This document shows, piece after piece, positions 9,798 to 20,245 of a stretch of DNA of 64,000 bases (positions are counted from its first letter, which is position 1; each line of letters begins with the position of its first letter). Below the pieces are notes generated by a model that was not told where the DNA came from, searched no databases, and saw only the letters and a list, made by a program, of their open reading frames with translations. The position numbers and the translations under genes were made by a program. Source of the stretch: an uncultured Actinomycetes bacterium (GTDB lineage: Bacteria; Actinomycetota; Thermoleophilia; UBA2241); NCBI GenBank assembly GCA_963725665.1, contig CAVRZA010000002.1, positions 224,001 to 288,000 on the forward strand, in the 5' to 3' direction.

Positions 9798-10730
9798 ATG
9801 GACAACCACGGGACCGCAAACCCCAGCACGGCTCCGATCGTGCAAGGCGAAGCGCTGACCAAGCGCTTCGGGACGCTGCTCGCCGTCGATGATCTCTCGT
9901 TCTCGCTCGCGGCGGGGACGATCACCGGCTTTCTCGGCCCCAACGGTGCCGGCAAGACCACGACGCTGCGCATGCTGCTCGGCCTCGCTGCACCGACGAG
10001 CGGGCGGGCGCTTGTCTTCGGCCGGCCGTATGCGGAGCTGCAGCGGCCGGCCCTTCGCATCGGCGCGGTGCTCGAGGCCACCGACTTTCACCCCGGCCGC
10101 ACGGGGCGCGACCACCTGCGGACATTGAGCCGTTCGGTCGGCCTGCCCGATGCGCGGGTCGACGAGGTGCTGCGCCTGGTCGAGCTCGACGGCGTGGCTA
10201 AGCGGCGCGTCAAGGGCTATTCACTCGGTATGCGGCAGCGGCTGGGGCTCGCCTCGGCGCTGCTCGGCGACCCGGAGCTGCTGATCCTCGACGAACCCGC
10301 CAACGGCCTCGACCCGGAGGGCGTGCGCTGGCTGCGCGACTTCATGCGCGCCTTTGCCACCGAGGGCAGAACGGTCCTGGTCTCAAGTCACGTGCTCGCC
10401 GAGGTGGCGCAGACCGTCGATCAGGTGCTGATCATCAACCGCGGCCGGCTCGTGGCGGAGTCTCCGCTCTCGCAGTTGACCGCCCGCCTCGGCGGTTCCG
10501 TGCGCGTACGCACCCCCGAGCCAGGGCGCCTGCAGGAGGCATTGCGACGCGAACAGATCGAGACCGCCACCAGCAACGGACAGGCGCTGCTGGCCTACGG
10601 AACGACGAGCGAGCGCGTCGGCGACATCGCGTTCGCCGCGGGCATCCGGGTGCACGAGCTCGTCGCTCAGAGCTCCTCGCTGGAGGACGTCTTCCTCGAG
10701 CTCACCGCGGAGGAGGCGCCGCAATCATGA
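9798..10730 (+). CDS. ABC transporter ATP-binding protein
   Basis: GPNGAGKTT, YSLGMRQRL, LILDEPANGLD. Confidence 0.93.
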   Translation: MDNHGTANPSTAPIVQGEALTKRFGTLLAVDDLSFSLAAGTITGFLGPNGAGKTTTLRMLLGLAAPTSGRALVFGRPYAELQRPALRIGAVLEATDFHPGRTGRDHLRTLSRSVGLPDARVDEVLRLVELDGVAKRRVKGYSLGMRQRLGLASALLGDPELLILDEPANGLDPEGVRWLRDFMRAFATEGRTVLVSSHVLAEVAQTVDQVLIINRGRLVAESPLSQLTARLGGSVRVRTPEPGRLQEALRREQIETATSNGQALLAYGTTSERVGDIAFAAGIRVHELVAQSSSLEDVFLELTAEEAPQS

Positions 10731-11461
10731 TCGGCCAGATGCGGGCAGAGCTGCTCAAGATGCGTTCGACGCGCACGACGCTCGGGCTTGTGCTCGGCAT
10801 GATCGTGCTCATCGCGCTCCTGGCCCTTGTGACCGCGCTGCTCAGCAAGGGCGCCGTGCTTGCCGGCAGTGAGAACCAGCGCGAGCTCCTCAACGTGGGC
10901 GGCCTCGCGGGACTCTTTGCGGCGCTCGCCGGAATACTGCTCGTGACCGGCGAGTTCCGCTTCGGCACGATCCGGCCGACCTTCTTGTTCGAGCCGCGGC
11001 GCTCGCGTGTCCTCACGGCCAAGGTCGGCGCCGGCCTGCTCGCGGGGCTCGTCTTCGGTGTCGCCGGCGAGGCGCTCGTGTTCGTGATCTACTACGCGGT
11101 CCTTCGCGGTCGCGACATCCCGTTCGTTCTCGGCGCCGGTGAGGTGACGCTTCTGGTGCTCGGCACCCTGGCGGGGGTCGCGCTCTGGGGCGCGATCGGG
11201 GTCGGGATCGGCGCCGTCGTGCGCAATCAGGTCGCCGCTATAGTCGGTCTGCTGGCCTGGGGCTTCGTTGTCGAGAACCTGCTCTTCGGCTTCGTTCCAC
11301 GGGTCGGGCGTTTCGGCCCGACTCACGCAGGAGAAGCGCTTGGTGGCCTCGGCGGCCCGCACGACTTGTCGCCTGCGGCCGGCGCGGCAGTCCTGGTGGC
11401 CTGGACGGCGGCGCTCGCGTTCGCGGGCATCATGCTCACGGCCCGCCGCGACGTCGACTGA
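10727..11461 (+). CDS. ABC-2 type permease
   Basis: Overlaps ATPase stop (ATGA); AELLK..., GEFRFGTIRPT, six hydrophobic segments. Confidence 0.88.
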   Translation: MIGQMRAELLKMRSTRTTLGLVLGMIVLIALLALVTALLSKGAVLAGSENQRELLNVGGLAGLFAALAGILLVTGEFRFGTIRPTFLFEPRRSRVLTAKVGAGLLAGLVFGVAGEALVFVIYYAVLRGRDIPFVLGAGEVTLLVLGTLAGVALWGAIGVGIGAVVRNQVAAIVGLLAWGFVVENLLFGFVPRVGRFGPTHAGEALGGLGGPHDLSPAAGAAVLVAWTAALAFAGIMLTARRDVD

Positions 11462-11476
11462 GAGCCGGAAGCGCTT

Positions 11477-12275
11477 CTAGTCGCCTCCGCCCTTTCCCCC
11501 GGCGTGACAGTGAATGCAGTCCGCCAACGCGGCGAGGTTCTTGCCCTCATGTTCGCCAAGGACGTTGGCCGGCGTGTGCCGGTGGCATCCGTAGCAGGTG
11601 TAGGTGCTGAGGTTCGTCGGATGGCACGTCTTGCATGTGGAGGCTTGCTGGTCGGTGCCGTGGTTGACCGGGAAGATCTTGTGGTCGAACGTCGCGTCGG
11701 CCCAGCTCGTCGTGTTGTGGCACTGTCCGCACAGCTGCCCGAATGACCCCCCGTGCTTGTCGTCCTTGGCGTGACAGGAGTAGCAGTCCTGAGGTGCGTT
11801 GCGCAGGTCCTGCAACGAGGTGGCGCTTGCGTGACACTGCTGGCACGGCACGCTGGCGTGCTTGCCGGTGAGCTTGAACGGAAACGAGCTGTGGTTGAAG
11901 TTGGCGGTCAGCGGGCCGTTAGGCCCGAGGTGCTCCGAATGGCAAGCCTTGCAGCTCGATGACATCGCCCCGAGCATGCCGCCGTGGATGCCGCTGTGGC
12001 CCTGGACCTGCGTGCGCACATCAGTGTGGCAGGCCATGCACAGGTCGTCCATGGACTTGGAGCTCCAGGGGGCGGCGTGACAAGCGCCGCAATCACGCGC
12101 TAGCTGAGCGTGACTGGTGACACCGCCCAGCGTCTGGGCCTTGGCCTGCGAGTTCAGCGCCCCTGGGCTGAACAGGCCCGGACCCATGACCAGCATCCAG
12201 GCGAGGAGGCCCAGGAGGGTGACGACGGCGACCAGGATTCGTGCGCCGGAGAGGAAGACGCGGTCCGTCTTTCAC
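11477..12275 (-). CDS. membrane-anchored multiheme cytochrome c (9 CxxCH)
   Basis: CGACH, CMACH, CKACH, CQQCH, CYSCH, CGQCH, CKTCH, CYGCH, CIHCH; N-terminal hydrophobic anchor. Probable 1-nt indel just after GTG 12275. Confidence 0.9.
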
Positions 12276-12295
12276 AGTCGCACCCTCACTTGTCG

Positions 12296-12946
12296 CTACC
12301 GGGCCGCGTAGTAGATGGCCGCGACCGTGTGGACGAGGGCGGTGATCACGAGCGCCCAGGTGAGGGGGACGTGGAAGGAACGCCAGGTCGCCAGTGCGCT
12401 CCTCCGCGCCGCGAGTCGATCAAACCGCTGGTCTGTGCCCGACGCCCCGTGAGGGGCGATGGGGGCTGTTTCGGGCGCAGTCGAAGCCATCGACAGCGCG
12501 GCGTACGAGCGTGCGAACCGGCGATCCAGCCCGATCACCTCAGGCTCTGCGCCTGCGACCACGCGAGGCACACTGGTGTAGATGTAGCGCCCCACGACGC
12601 CGCTGATCACCACGACGACGGTCAGGAGCATCGCCAGACCGGCTAGCCCCTGGAAGCGCATGGCCGTGTGCAGCAGCACCATGTAGGGGCCGACTATCCC
12701 GGTGACCATGTGGAACCTGAGCCAGCGCTCCATGCTACCCCAGCGGGCCTCGGTCGCGAGCTTGCGGATCGAGTACAAGGTCGCGGTCATCACCATGAGG
12801 ACGAAGCCCGCGATGCCGATCCCGTGACCCACGAGACCCGACGCCGAGGGGAACGTGCCCGCCTGCTGGTATGCGAGCACGTAGAGGCCCGTCGTGGCGG
12901 CGATCGCTACGAGTGCGTACCAGAGCTCCTGGTGTCGCCTAAGCAA
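12296..12946 (-). CDS. His-rich integral membrane protein (ferric-reductase/cytochrome b-like)
   Basis: TM helices with GHGIGIAG, WLRFHMVTG, VLLHT, WRSFHVPL and LVHT. TTG start overlaps the upstream stop. Confidence 0.75.
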   Translation of the reverse strand: MLRRHQELWYALVAIAATTGLYVLAYQQAGTFPSASGLVGHGIGIAGFVLMVMTATLYSIRKLATEARWGSMERWLRFHMVTGIVGPYMVLLHTAMRFQGLAGLAMLLTVVVVISGVVGRYIYTSVPRVVAGAEPEVIGLDRRFARSYAALSMASTAPETAPIAPHGASGTDQRFDRLAARRSALATWRSFHVPLTWALVITALVHTVAAIYYAAR

Positions 12947-14255
12947 ACTGCCACCTCGCGCTCGACCAGAAGTCGGCCACGATCTCGGCGATCGGAGCCG
13001 CCGGCTTCTGCAAGCTCGGCATGATGTCGGAGACGTCGGCGCGGGCGCCGACGAGCCCCTGCAGGGGGAAGGAGACCTCGTGGTCCCCCATGACGACGGC
13101 GCCGGCGATGGTGCTCTGCCCCAGAGCGAGCCGTATGTGGCTCTTGCCGCTGCGCGACTCGACGATCGACGCCTCGCCAAGCTCTGCCCACGTTTGGCTG
13201 TCGCCGCGGGAGAGTCCCTCCAGATCGGACCCCCGGCCTTCGCCGACGGTGCCGATGATCGTGATCTTGAAGCCGCCCAGACGGGTGACGTTCAGGGGGG
13301 TGCCCGTGTCGTAGACGTGGGCGGGTTCGGTCGCCATGTTGAGGCCGGCGATGCGGCCCTTGGCCACGGCCGAGCTCCACAGGACCTCCATGGTGCGCCG
13401 GTCGGTGCGCGCGGCGAGCACCTCGGCGACGTCGCCCGCCGCGAAGATGTCGTCGTCACTCGAGCGCAGGTACTCGTCGACGAGGATCCCGCGCCCGCAC
13501 TCGAGCCCGGCATCCTCGGCCAGCTCGATCTTCGGGCGGACGCCTACGGCCACGGCCACGAGATCGCAGGCGATCTGCGTGCCGTCGCCGGTCTCGACGC
13601 CTGTGACCCGGTCATCCCGACCGATGATCCGGGCAAGCTCGGTGAAGGTGTGGATCCGCAAGCCCCGCCCGACGAGCCCCTGCTCGACGAGGTGCGATTC
13701 GGACTCCGAGAGGACGTTGCTCCAGTAGCGGTCCTTGCGCATGAAGTAGTGCACCTTCATGCCACGGGCGCTCAGGCCTTCGGCGATCTCGAGGGCGGTG
13801 ATGCCGCCGCCGACCACCACCGCCGTCTTGGCGTGGCCGCTCCTGCGGATCAGATCGCGGGCGTCGTCCAAGTCGTCGAGCTTGACCACCCCGTCGAGTT
13901 GCGCGCCGGGCACGCTGGCGGTGATCGCCGTCGAGCCCGTAGCGATGAGCAGGCGATCGTAGGGAAGCTCTCGGGCGTTCTGCAGCGTCACCTTGTGGGC
14001 CGCGGGGTCGATGTGCACGGCGCGCTCGTGCAGCACCTGGAGGTTGAGGCGGGCGAAGTCCTGGGGTGTGAAGGGAAAGAGCCCTTCCTCGGGCAGCTCT
14101 TTGGTCAGATAGTAGGCGAGACCGGGGCGCGAGTAGTAGCCGTGGGGCTCGACGCCGACGATCACGATATCGGCCTGGTCGTCGCAGCGGCGGATCGTCT
14201 CAGCGGCCGATATGGCGCCGGGGCCACTGCCGATCAAGATGTGGCGCCTGGCCAT
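12939..14255 (-). CDS. FAD/NAD(P)-dependent oxidoreductase (NirB/rubredoxin reductase-like)
   Basis: LIGSGPGA, YDRLLIATGS, VVVGGGITALE, IFAAGDVAE. Confidence 0.9.
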   Translation of the reverse strand: MARRHILIGSGPGAISAAETIRRCDDQADIVIVGVEPHGYYSRPGLAYYLTKELPEEGLFPFTPQDFARLNLQVLHERAVHIDPAAHKVTLQNARELPYDRLLIATGSTAITASVPGAQLDGVVKLDDLDDARDLIRRSGHAKTAVVVGGGITALEIAEGLSARGMKVHYFMRKDRYWSNVLSESESHLVEQGLVGRGLRIHTFTELARIIGRDDRVTGVETGDGTQIACDLVAVAVGVRPKIELAEDAGLECGRGILVDEYLRSSDDDIFAAGDVAEVLAARTDRRTMEVLWSSAVAKGRIAGLNMATEPAHVYDTGTPLNVTRLGGFKITIIGTVGEGRGSDLEGLSRGDSQTWAELGEASIVESRSGKSHIRLALGQSTIAGAVVMGDHEVSFPLQGLVGARADVSDIMPSLQKPAAPIAEIVADFWSSARWQFA

Positions 14256-14256
14256 G

Positions 14257-14541
14257 TCAGAGGACCTTCTTGCTCGGCCGGGCGAGCACCGCGGTGGCCC
14301 TGATCGGTTCGAAGCGCAGCAGTCTGCGGGGGCAGCGTCTCACGCACTCGCCGCAGGTCAGGCAATGGCTGTTCGTCACCGGTTCGCTCCGCCAGACGTG
14401 CCGCCGCACGTCGATCCCCATGGGGCAGCTGAACGAGCAGATCCCGCACTGGACGCAGCGGCTCGGCTCGGGCACGACCCATCCTGCCGCGAGGGCCTTA
14501 TGGTCTGCTCTATCGGTTGCGAACCAGCCGAGGGGGCCCAT
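14257..14541 (-). CDS. 2x[4Fe-4S] ferredoxin
   Basis: CVQCGICSFSCP and CLTCGECVRRCP. Confidence 0.88.
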   Translation of the reverse strand: MGPLGWFATDRADHKALAAGWVVPEPSRCVQCGICSFSCPMGIDVRRHVWRSEPVTNSHCLTCGECVRRCPRRLLRFEPIRATAVLARPSKKVL

Positions 14542-14624
14542 GGTCACCCTTTCCACAGCGCGGGCAGTCGTAGGGCGAGACGTGGTGTGCAACGCACACC
14601 GCGCCTCGCCCCGTATTGCACATT

Positions 14625-15028
14625 CTACATCTGCGGCGGCTTATGTACACCGATGCGGTTGCCCTCGGTGTCCTTGAAGAAGCCGACGCTAGCCGACCAT
14701 ATCGCCCATGAACTGGCACCTCTTGCAGGATCTCCCCACCGGCGTCCGCGGCGCGCCGGAGCATGCCCTCCGGATCGCCGCCGCTGTTGAGGTAGATGGT
14801 GCAGCCGTCGGTGCTAGGCTTGTTAGCCGCCACGACGGCCAGGTCGAAGGCCACCGGGAACGGGGGCTCCATGGTCGAGGGGTCGAAGTCCGCGGGCGGA
14901 GCCTCGAGCGCGACGCCCTCCATACCCTCCATGCGCTTGAACTCACGTTGCAGGACCGCACCGTAGAACTTCATGGCGCGATCAAGATCAGTGACTGGGA
15001 TATCCGCCCAGACTACGGTGTTCTCCAT
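14625..15028 (-). CDS. VOC family glyoxalase (frameshifted)
   Basis: MENTVVWADIPVTDLDRAMKFY...; after a shift FFKDTEGNRIGVH. Confidence 0.85.
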
Positions 15029-15136
15029 GTCTCATCCTTTGCTCGTGCCGCTTGCCTTGATGGCTACTGTCCGACAGCGGGAACATCCCCCGGTGGTCGA
15101 GACCGCCTAACCACTCAAGTCAGGCCGGCACGGCCC

Positions 15137-15915
15137 TCACTTCGCCAGGCGCCGGAACGCCAGCAGCGTGCCGGTCTGCAGGATCGCGCCGACGATGAGG
15201 AGCGACAGCACGGCCTTGCCGATCGCGCGCCCAGTCGTAGCCCACGACCATGAGCCTGCGGATCGCCTCGATCTGGAAGGTGACCGGGTTCCAGTCGTTG
15301 ACCGTCTGCATCCAGCCCGGCATGACGGCGCGCGGCACGAAGGCCGTCGAGATGAAGACCACTGGAAACATGAGCAGCGATATCGCGCTCGCCGCCTGCT
15401 CGCTCTTGGTCAGCAGCGCGGCCATGAAGCTCACGCCGGCAAAGGCGATGCCGAAGAGCCCCGACAGGGCCAGGATGAGAAGCAGCCCACCGACGCCCGT
15501 GACGAGCGACGCGCCGAGCAGCAGGCTCACGACCAGCAGGACGCCGGCCATGATGGCCGCCTCGAAGAAGAGCGGCACCATCTCGCCGGCGAGGATCGAC
15601 TGTCGACCGATGGGGCTCGCCCTGAGCTTGTCGAGGTAGCCGTTGCGATACTCGACCAGCATGCCGTAGCCGGCCCAGCCCACGGCCAGGAACGACGCGA
15701 ACACGATCTGCCCCGGCGCGAGGTAGGCCAGGTAGCGTCTGGCGACCGAACGCCGGCAACTGGACGATGTCCTTGTAGAGCTGGCTGAACACGAGGAGCT
15801 GGATCAGCGGGAAGAAGATGATGCTCAGCCAGTTCGACGGCACGCGGAAGAAGCGGTGGGTGGTCCGCAGTCCCAGCCAGTAGGTCTCGTAGCCGAAGGC
15901 CGTCAGCGTGTTCAT
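15137..15915 (-). CDS. ABC-2 (DrrB-like) permease, frameshifted
   Basis: GYLDKLRASPI, FPVVFISTAFVP...MPGWMQTVNDWNPVT; split over several frames. Confidence 0.85.
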
Positions 15916-15922
15916 CGCTGCC

Positions 15923-16924
15923 TCACCATCCCATGATGATCGGTTGGTCGGCCGCCTCTTCGCGGATGTGACGGCCGGTGTACTTCAGGAACACGTCGTC
16001 CAGGCTCGGCTGATTCATCTGCAGTCCGGTGATGTGCAGGCCGTTGCCGTCGATGCGGCGCATGAGCTGCGGCACCGCCGCACTGGCGTTGGGCACCGCC
16101 AGGGCGACGCCGGCGGGGTGCGCCGTCACCGCCTCGCACGGGATCACGCCCTCGAGCAGGCGGCACACGGTGGCGACCTTGTCGCCGTTGCCGCCGTTGC
16201 TCGGCTCGAGCTGCAGCACGACCGAGTCGGCGCCGACCGTCTCCTTGAGCTCCTGCGGCTCGCCGTCGACCACGATCCTGCCGTTGTCGACGATGGCCAG
16301 CCGCGAGCAGAGCCGGTCGGCCTCCTCCATGTAGTGCGTGGTCAGCAGCATCGTCGTGCCCTCGGCGCTGATGCGTTCGAGCTCCTCCCACAGGGCGGTG
16401 CGGCTCTGCGGGTCGAGTCCCTCGGTGGGTTCGTCGAGGATCAGCAGCGGCGGCTGGTGCATCAGGGCGCTGGCCAGGTCGAGACGTCGCTTCATGCCGC
16501 CCGAGTAGGTGCCGGTGAGCTTCTTGGCCACCGACGCCAGACCCATCAGTTCGAGCAGCTCGTCGGCGCGACGGCGGAGCTGGCCGGCCGGCAGCCGGTG
16601 CAGCCGGCCGGCCAGCTCGAGCGTCTCGCGCCCGGTCGAGAAGGCGTCGAGGGTCGGCGTCTGCATGGCCAGACCGAGACGCTCGCGCACCTCGTGCGGA
16701 TGCGAAGCGACGTCGAAGCCGGCGACCCTGGCGACGCCCGAGGTCGGGCGCAGCAGGGTCGCCAGGATGCGGATCGTCGTCGTCTTGCCGGCGCCGTTCG
16801 GCCCCAAGAAGCCGAACAGCTCGCCGTGCGCTACGTCGAAGGTGATGCCGTCGAGCGCGCGCGTGTCGCGCCCGTAGACCTTCACCAAGTCGCGGACCTC
16901 GATGACGCTGTCAGCAGGTGTCAC
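15923..16924 (-). CDS. DrrA-like ABC transporter ATP-binding protein
   Basis: GPNGAGKTT, YSGGMKRRLD, LDEPTEGLD, LTTHYMEEAD. Confidence 0.93.
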   Translation of the reverse strand: MTPADSVIEVRDLVKVYGRDTRALDGITFDVAHGELFGFLGPNGAGKTTTIRILATLLRPTSGVARVAGFDVASHPHEVRERLGLAMQTPTLDAFSTGRETLELAGRLHRLPAGQLRRRADELLELMGLASVAKKLTGTYSGGMKRRLDLASALMHQPPLLILDEPTEGLDPQSRTALWEELERISAEGTTMLLTTHYMEEADRLCSRLAIVDNGRIVVDGEPQELKETVGADSVVLQLEPSNGGNGDKVATVCRLLEGVIPCEAVTAHPAGVALAVPNASAAVPQLMRRIDGNGLHITGLQMNQPSLDDVFLKYTGRHIREEAADQPIIMGW

Positions 16925-17034
16925 AGTGTCTCCTCGATGGCGCTGTCGCCGTCGTGATGGTGTTCTTCTGTACCGAGGCCATGCGGGAGGTTATGCCCCA
17001 GGACGCGCAGGCCAACCGGGGCGCCGCGCGGCCG

Positions 17035-17899
17035 TCAGGCCGCGCGGCGCCTGGCGTTGGCCTCCATCTTCATCCGCTGGCGCTCCTCCTGCTCCTGAAG
17101 CTCCGGCGTGAATGCCTCGCCGAACTCCTCCGCCTCGAACACCTGACGGATCTCGACCTCGGCTCCGTCGCCGAACGGAGCCCGCCTCATCCAGTCGATC
17201 GCCTCATCGAGCGACCTCGGTCTGGATGATCCAGTAGCCGGCGATCAGCTGCGTCGGCTCGGGGAAGGGTCCGCGAACGACACTCGGCGACCCGCTCGAG
17301 AAGACCACCCGCGCGCCGTCGGAGCTCGAGTGGAAGCCGTCGCCGGCCAGCATCACGCCGGCGTTGACCATCTCTTCGTTGAAGCGGACCATCTCGGCGA
17401 GCCCTTTCTCCTCGGGCATCGTTCCCGATTCGGTGTTCGCGTCGGACTTGACCAGGACCGCGAACCTCTTGGTGGCGGTCTCGCCTGCGCCGCTCGCTCT
17501 GCGGTCTGCTCCATGCGCTGGACCACGCGCAGCAGGTTGCCGTCGGGGTCGCGCATCTGGAACATCGGCGGCGAGTTCGGCCAGCGCAGGATCTCCGGGT
17601 CGACGTCGACGCCGCGGGCGCGCAGCTCGGCGTGGTCGGCCTCGACGTCGCCGGTCGTGAAGCGGATGCCGGTGTCGACGCCGGGGGCCTGTCCGGGGCC
17701 GGGAGGCGAGAGTGCGATCGTCGTCATCACTCCCGGCGCGGCCACCTCGATCCAGCGTCGACCTTGGCCGTAGGGCACGTCGATGCGCGTCTCAAAGCCG
17801 AGCTTGCCGCGCGTAGAACTCGAGCGCTCGGTCGACGTCGCTGACGGGTACGCTCACGGTGTGCACCTCTTCGATGTGCGTCCCGATCTTCTCGTTCAT
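17035..17899 (-). CDS. VOC domain + YciI domain protein (apparent fusion, frameshifted)
   Basis: N-part VSVPVSDVDRALEFY...RDPDGNLLRVV; C-part EMVRFNEEMVNAGVMLAGDG...GPFPE...AGYWII...VEIRQVFE. No stop or RBS between the two parts. Confidence 0.7.
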
Positions 17900-18074
17900 G
17901 TCGTCCTCCGGTGGGTCGGAAGGGATTCGCTTCAGTGACGACCTGTTCCCGCTGCCCGACGCTTGTATGCCTCTCGTCAGGTACTTGTGCAGCCACCACA
18001 CGGCGATGCGTACATGTTTCCTCAAGGGGGCTCTTCGGTGACTAGGAAGAAGACGCCAACCCGGAGGATCCCAA

Positions 18075-18533
18075 ATGGACAGTGCGCCGGACTCGATCAC
18101 TCAGGCAGCGCAGGTCAGCGTGTCGCCGCAACTCTCCGTTCGCCGCGGCCGCGAGGCGATCGAGTTCTACAAGGCGGCCTTCGGCGCCGTCGAGATCTAC
18201 CGCGTGGGCGGTACCGATGAACACGAGTCGGTGGTCGCCCAGCTCGCCGTGGGCACTGCCTCCTTCTGGGTCTCCGACGAGTCACCGCCCAACAAGCACT
18301 TCAGCCCCGAATCGCTGGGCGGCAGCACGGTGCGCCTGCTCTTGATCGTCGAGGATCCACGCGCCACGGTCGCGCGGGCCGTGAGCTTGGGCGCCACGGA
18401 GGTCTACGCGGTCGAGGAGGCACACGGCTGGCTGCTGGGCCGGGTCGAAGATCCCTTCGGGCATCAGTGGGAGATCGGCAAGCCGCTGATCGACTGGCCG
18501 CCGCCTTCGCACGCGACCCAGGGGAGCGAGTGA
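18075..18533 (+). CDS. VOC family protein
   Basis: AIEFYKAAFGA...GRVEDPFGHQWEIG. Confidence 0.9.
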   Translation: MDSAPDSITQAAQVSVSPQLSVRRGREAIEFYKAAFGAVEIYRVGGTDEHESVVAQLAVGTASFWVSDESPPNKHFSPESLGGSTVRLLLIVEDPRATVARAVSLGATEVYAVEEAHGWLLGRVEDPFGHQWEIGKPLIDWPPPSHATQGSE

Positions 18534-18893
18534 GCGTGCCGACCAAGCGCGTCGCCTACCTGGTGCTGGGCGCGCTTCTGACGGCGCTTGCCCTGTTCGA
18601 GATGGTGAAACACGGAGGCACGACGTGGGCCGCGATCGCGTTCGTCTTCCTTGCCCGACGTGGCGCTGATCTTTGGCGCCGGGTCCGGGCTCGAGCGCGG
18701 CCAGCTGCATCCACGTGCCGTGCGCCTTTACAACGCCCTGCACAGCTTCGTCGTGCCGATCGCCCTGGTGATCGCCGGCATCTGGCTGCCCCCCGTCGTC
18801 TTCGCCGGTGGCCTCGCCTGGGGCGCGCACATCGCCTGGGATAGAGGCTTCGGGTTCGGGCAACGCACGCGCGAGGGCTTTCAGCGGCCGTAG
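18530..18893 (+). CDS. DUF4260 family membrane protein (frameshifted)
   Basis: PDVAL...YNALHS...AHIAWDRGFGFG pattern. Confidence 0.75.
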
Positions 18894-18954
18894 GGTTGTC
18901 GTCGCGATCGGAGCGGGGACACTTCTCATCGAAACTCATCATGGAGGCCTTGTC

Positions 18955-19788
18955 ATGATCCTCGTTACCGGAGGGACCGGCCGCGTCGGGCGTCAGGTCG
19001 TCGCCGAGCTGCGGCGACGTAGTGCCGCGTTCCGTGTGCTGTCGCGCGATCCCGCTCGGGCTCGCGAAGTGCTCGGTGATGTCGACGTTGTCGAGGGCGA
19101 TCTCGATCAGCCCGACTCGCTCGACCGGGCGCTGGCCGGCGTCGAGCGCGTGTTCCTTCTCTCACCGGGGGCTCCGAACCAGGTGGAGCAGGAGGGAAAC
19201 GTGCTCGCTGCGTCGTTATGGACCGGCGTGCGCTACATCGTCAAGCAGTCGGTCATGGGCGCCTCGGTGCAGTCGCCGTCGGCGCTCGTGCGCTGGCACG
19301 CCGAGGCGGAGCAGCTCATCGTCTCATCCGGCATCCCCTTCACCTTTCTGCGTCCGACGATGCTCATGCAGCTCGCCGCCGAGCTGGTCGGCCCCGACGG
19401 CGCGATCTATTCCTCGGTCGGCGACGCGCGGGTGGCGTTCATCGACACGCGTGACGTCGCCGCGGTGGCCGTCGCGGCTCTGACGACCGATGCGCACGAG
19501 TGGAAGACCTACGAGCTCACCGGCCCCGAAAGGCTGACCTGGTTTGAGGTGGCCGAGCGTCTGTCGCGCGCCGGCCCGCCCGTTCGCTACGTGCCGGTGC
19601 CCGAGGAGACGGCGCGCCAGAGCCTGGCGCAGCGCCTGCCGGCGTGGCGAGTCGAGCCCACACTCGAGTTCAACCGCGAGGTCGCCGGCGGCCTCTACGA
19701 CGTGGTCACCGGCGACGTGGAGTCGGTCACGGGGCGGCCGCCGCGGAGCTTCGACGACTTCGTCGTCGACCTCGCGGCGGCCGCCTGA
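18955..19788 (+). CDS. NmrA-like NAD(P)H-binding protein
   Basis: MILVTGGTGRVG, FIDTRDVA, YELTGPE. Confidence 0.9.
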   Translation: MILVTGGTGRVGRQVVAELRRRSAAFRVLSRDPARAREVLGDVDVVEGDLDQPDSLDRALAGVERVFLLSPGAPNQVEQEGNVLAASLWTGVRYIVKQSVMGASVQSPSALVRWHAEAEQLIVSSGIPFTFLRPTMLMQLAAELVGPDGAIYSSVGDARVAFIDTRDVAAVAVAALTTDAHEWKTYELTGPERLTWFEVAERLSRAGPPVRYVPVPEETARQSLAQRLPAWRVEPTLEFNREVAGGLYDVVTGDVESVTGRPPRSFDDFVVDLAAAA

Positions 19789-19804
19789 GAAAGGACGGTA
19801 CGGC

Positions 19805-20209
19805 ATGGACTGGAAGCTTGAAGTGGTGGTCATCCCGGTCTCGGATGTAGACCGCGCGAAGCAGTTCTACAGCGAGAAGGTCGGCTTCGTCGTCGACAAC
19901 GACGTGCGCATGGGCGAGTCGTTCCGCGTCGTGCAGCTCACGCCGCCCGGTTCCGCTTGCTCGATCGCCATCGGCAGCGGGCTCGCCCAGATGCCGCCCG
20001 GGGCGGTCAAGGGCATGCAGCTTGTCGTCACCGATATCGAGGCGGCGCGGGCGGAGCTGGTCGAGCGTGGTGTCGAGGTCAGCCAGGTGCAGCACTTCGA
20101 CCAGGGTGCCCGCGTCGACGGGCCCGGTGGAGACTGGAACTCGTTCGTCTTCTTCAACGATCCCGACGGCAACGGCTGGGCCGTGCAGCAGGTCGGCCCC
20201 CGCGGCTGA
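19805..20209 (+). CDS. VOC family protein
   Basis: MDWKLEVVVIPVSDVDRAKQFY...QLTPPGSACSI...DPDGNGWAVQ. Confidence 0.9.
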   Translation: MDWKLEVVVIPVSDVDRAKQFYSEKVGFVVDNDVRMGESFRVVQLTPPGSACSIAIGSGLAQMPPGAVKGMQLVVTDIEAARAELVERGVEVSQVQHFDQGARVDGPGGDWNSFVFFNDPDGNGWAVQQVGPRG

Positions 20210-20245
20210 CGGGCACACGGAGCCGTGCCAGGCGGAAGGAATGCG

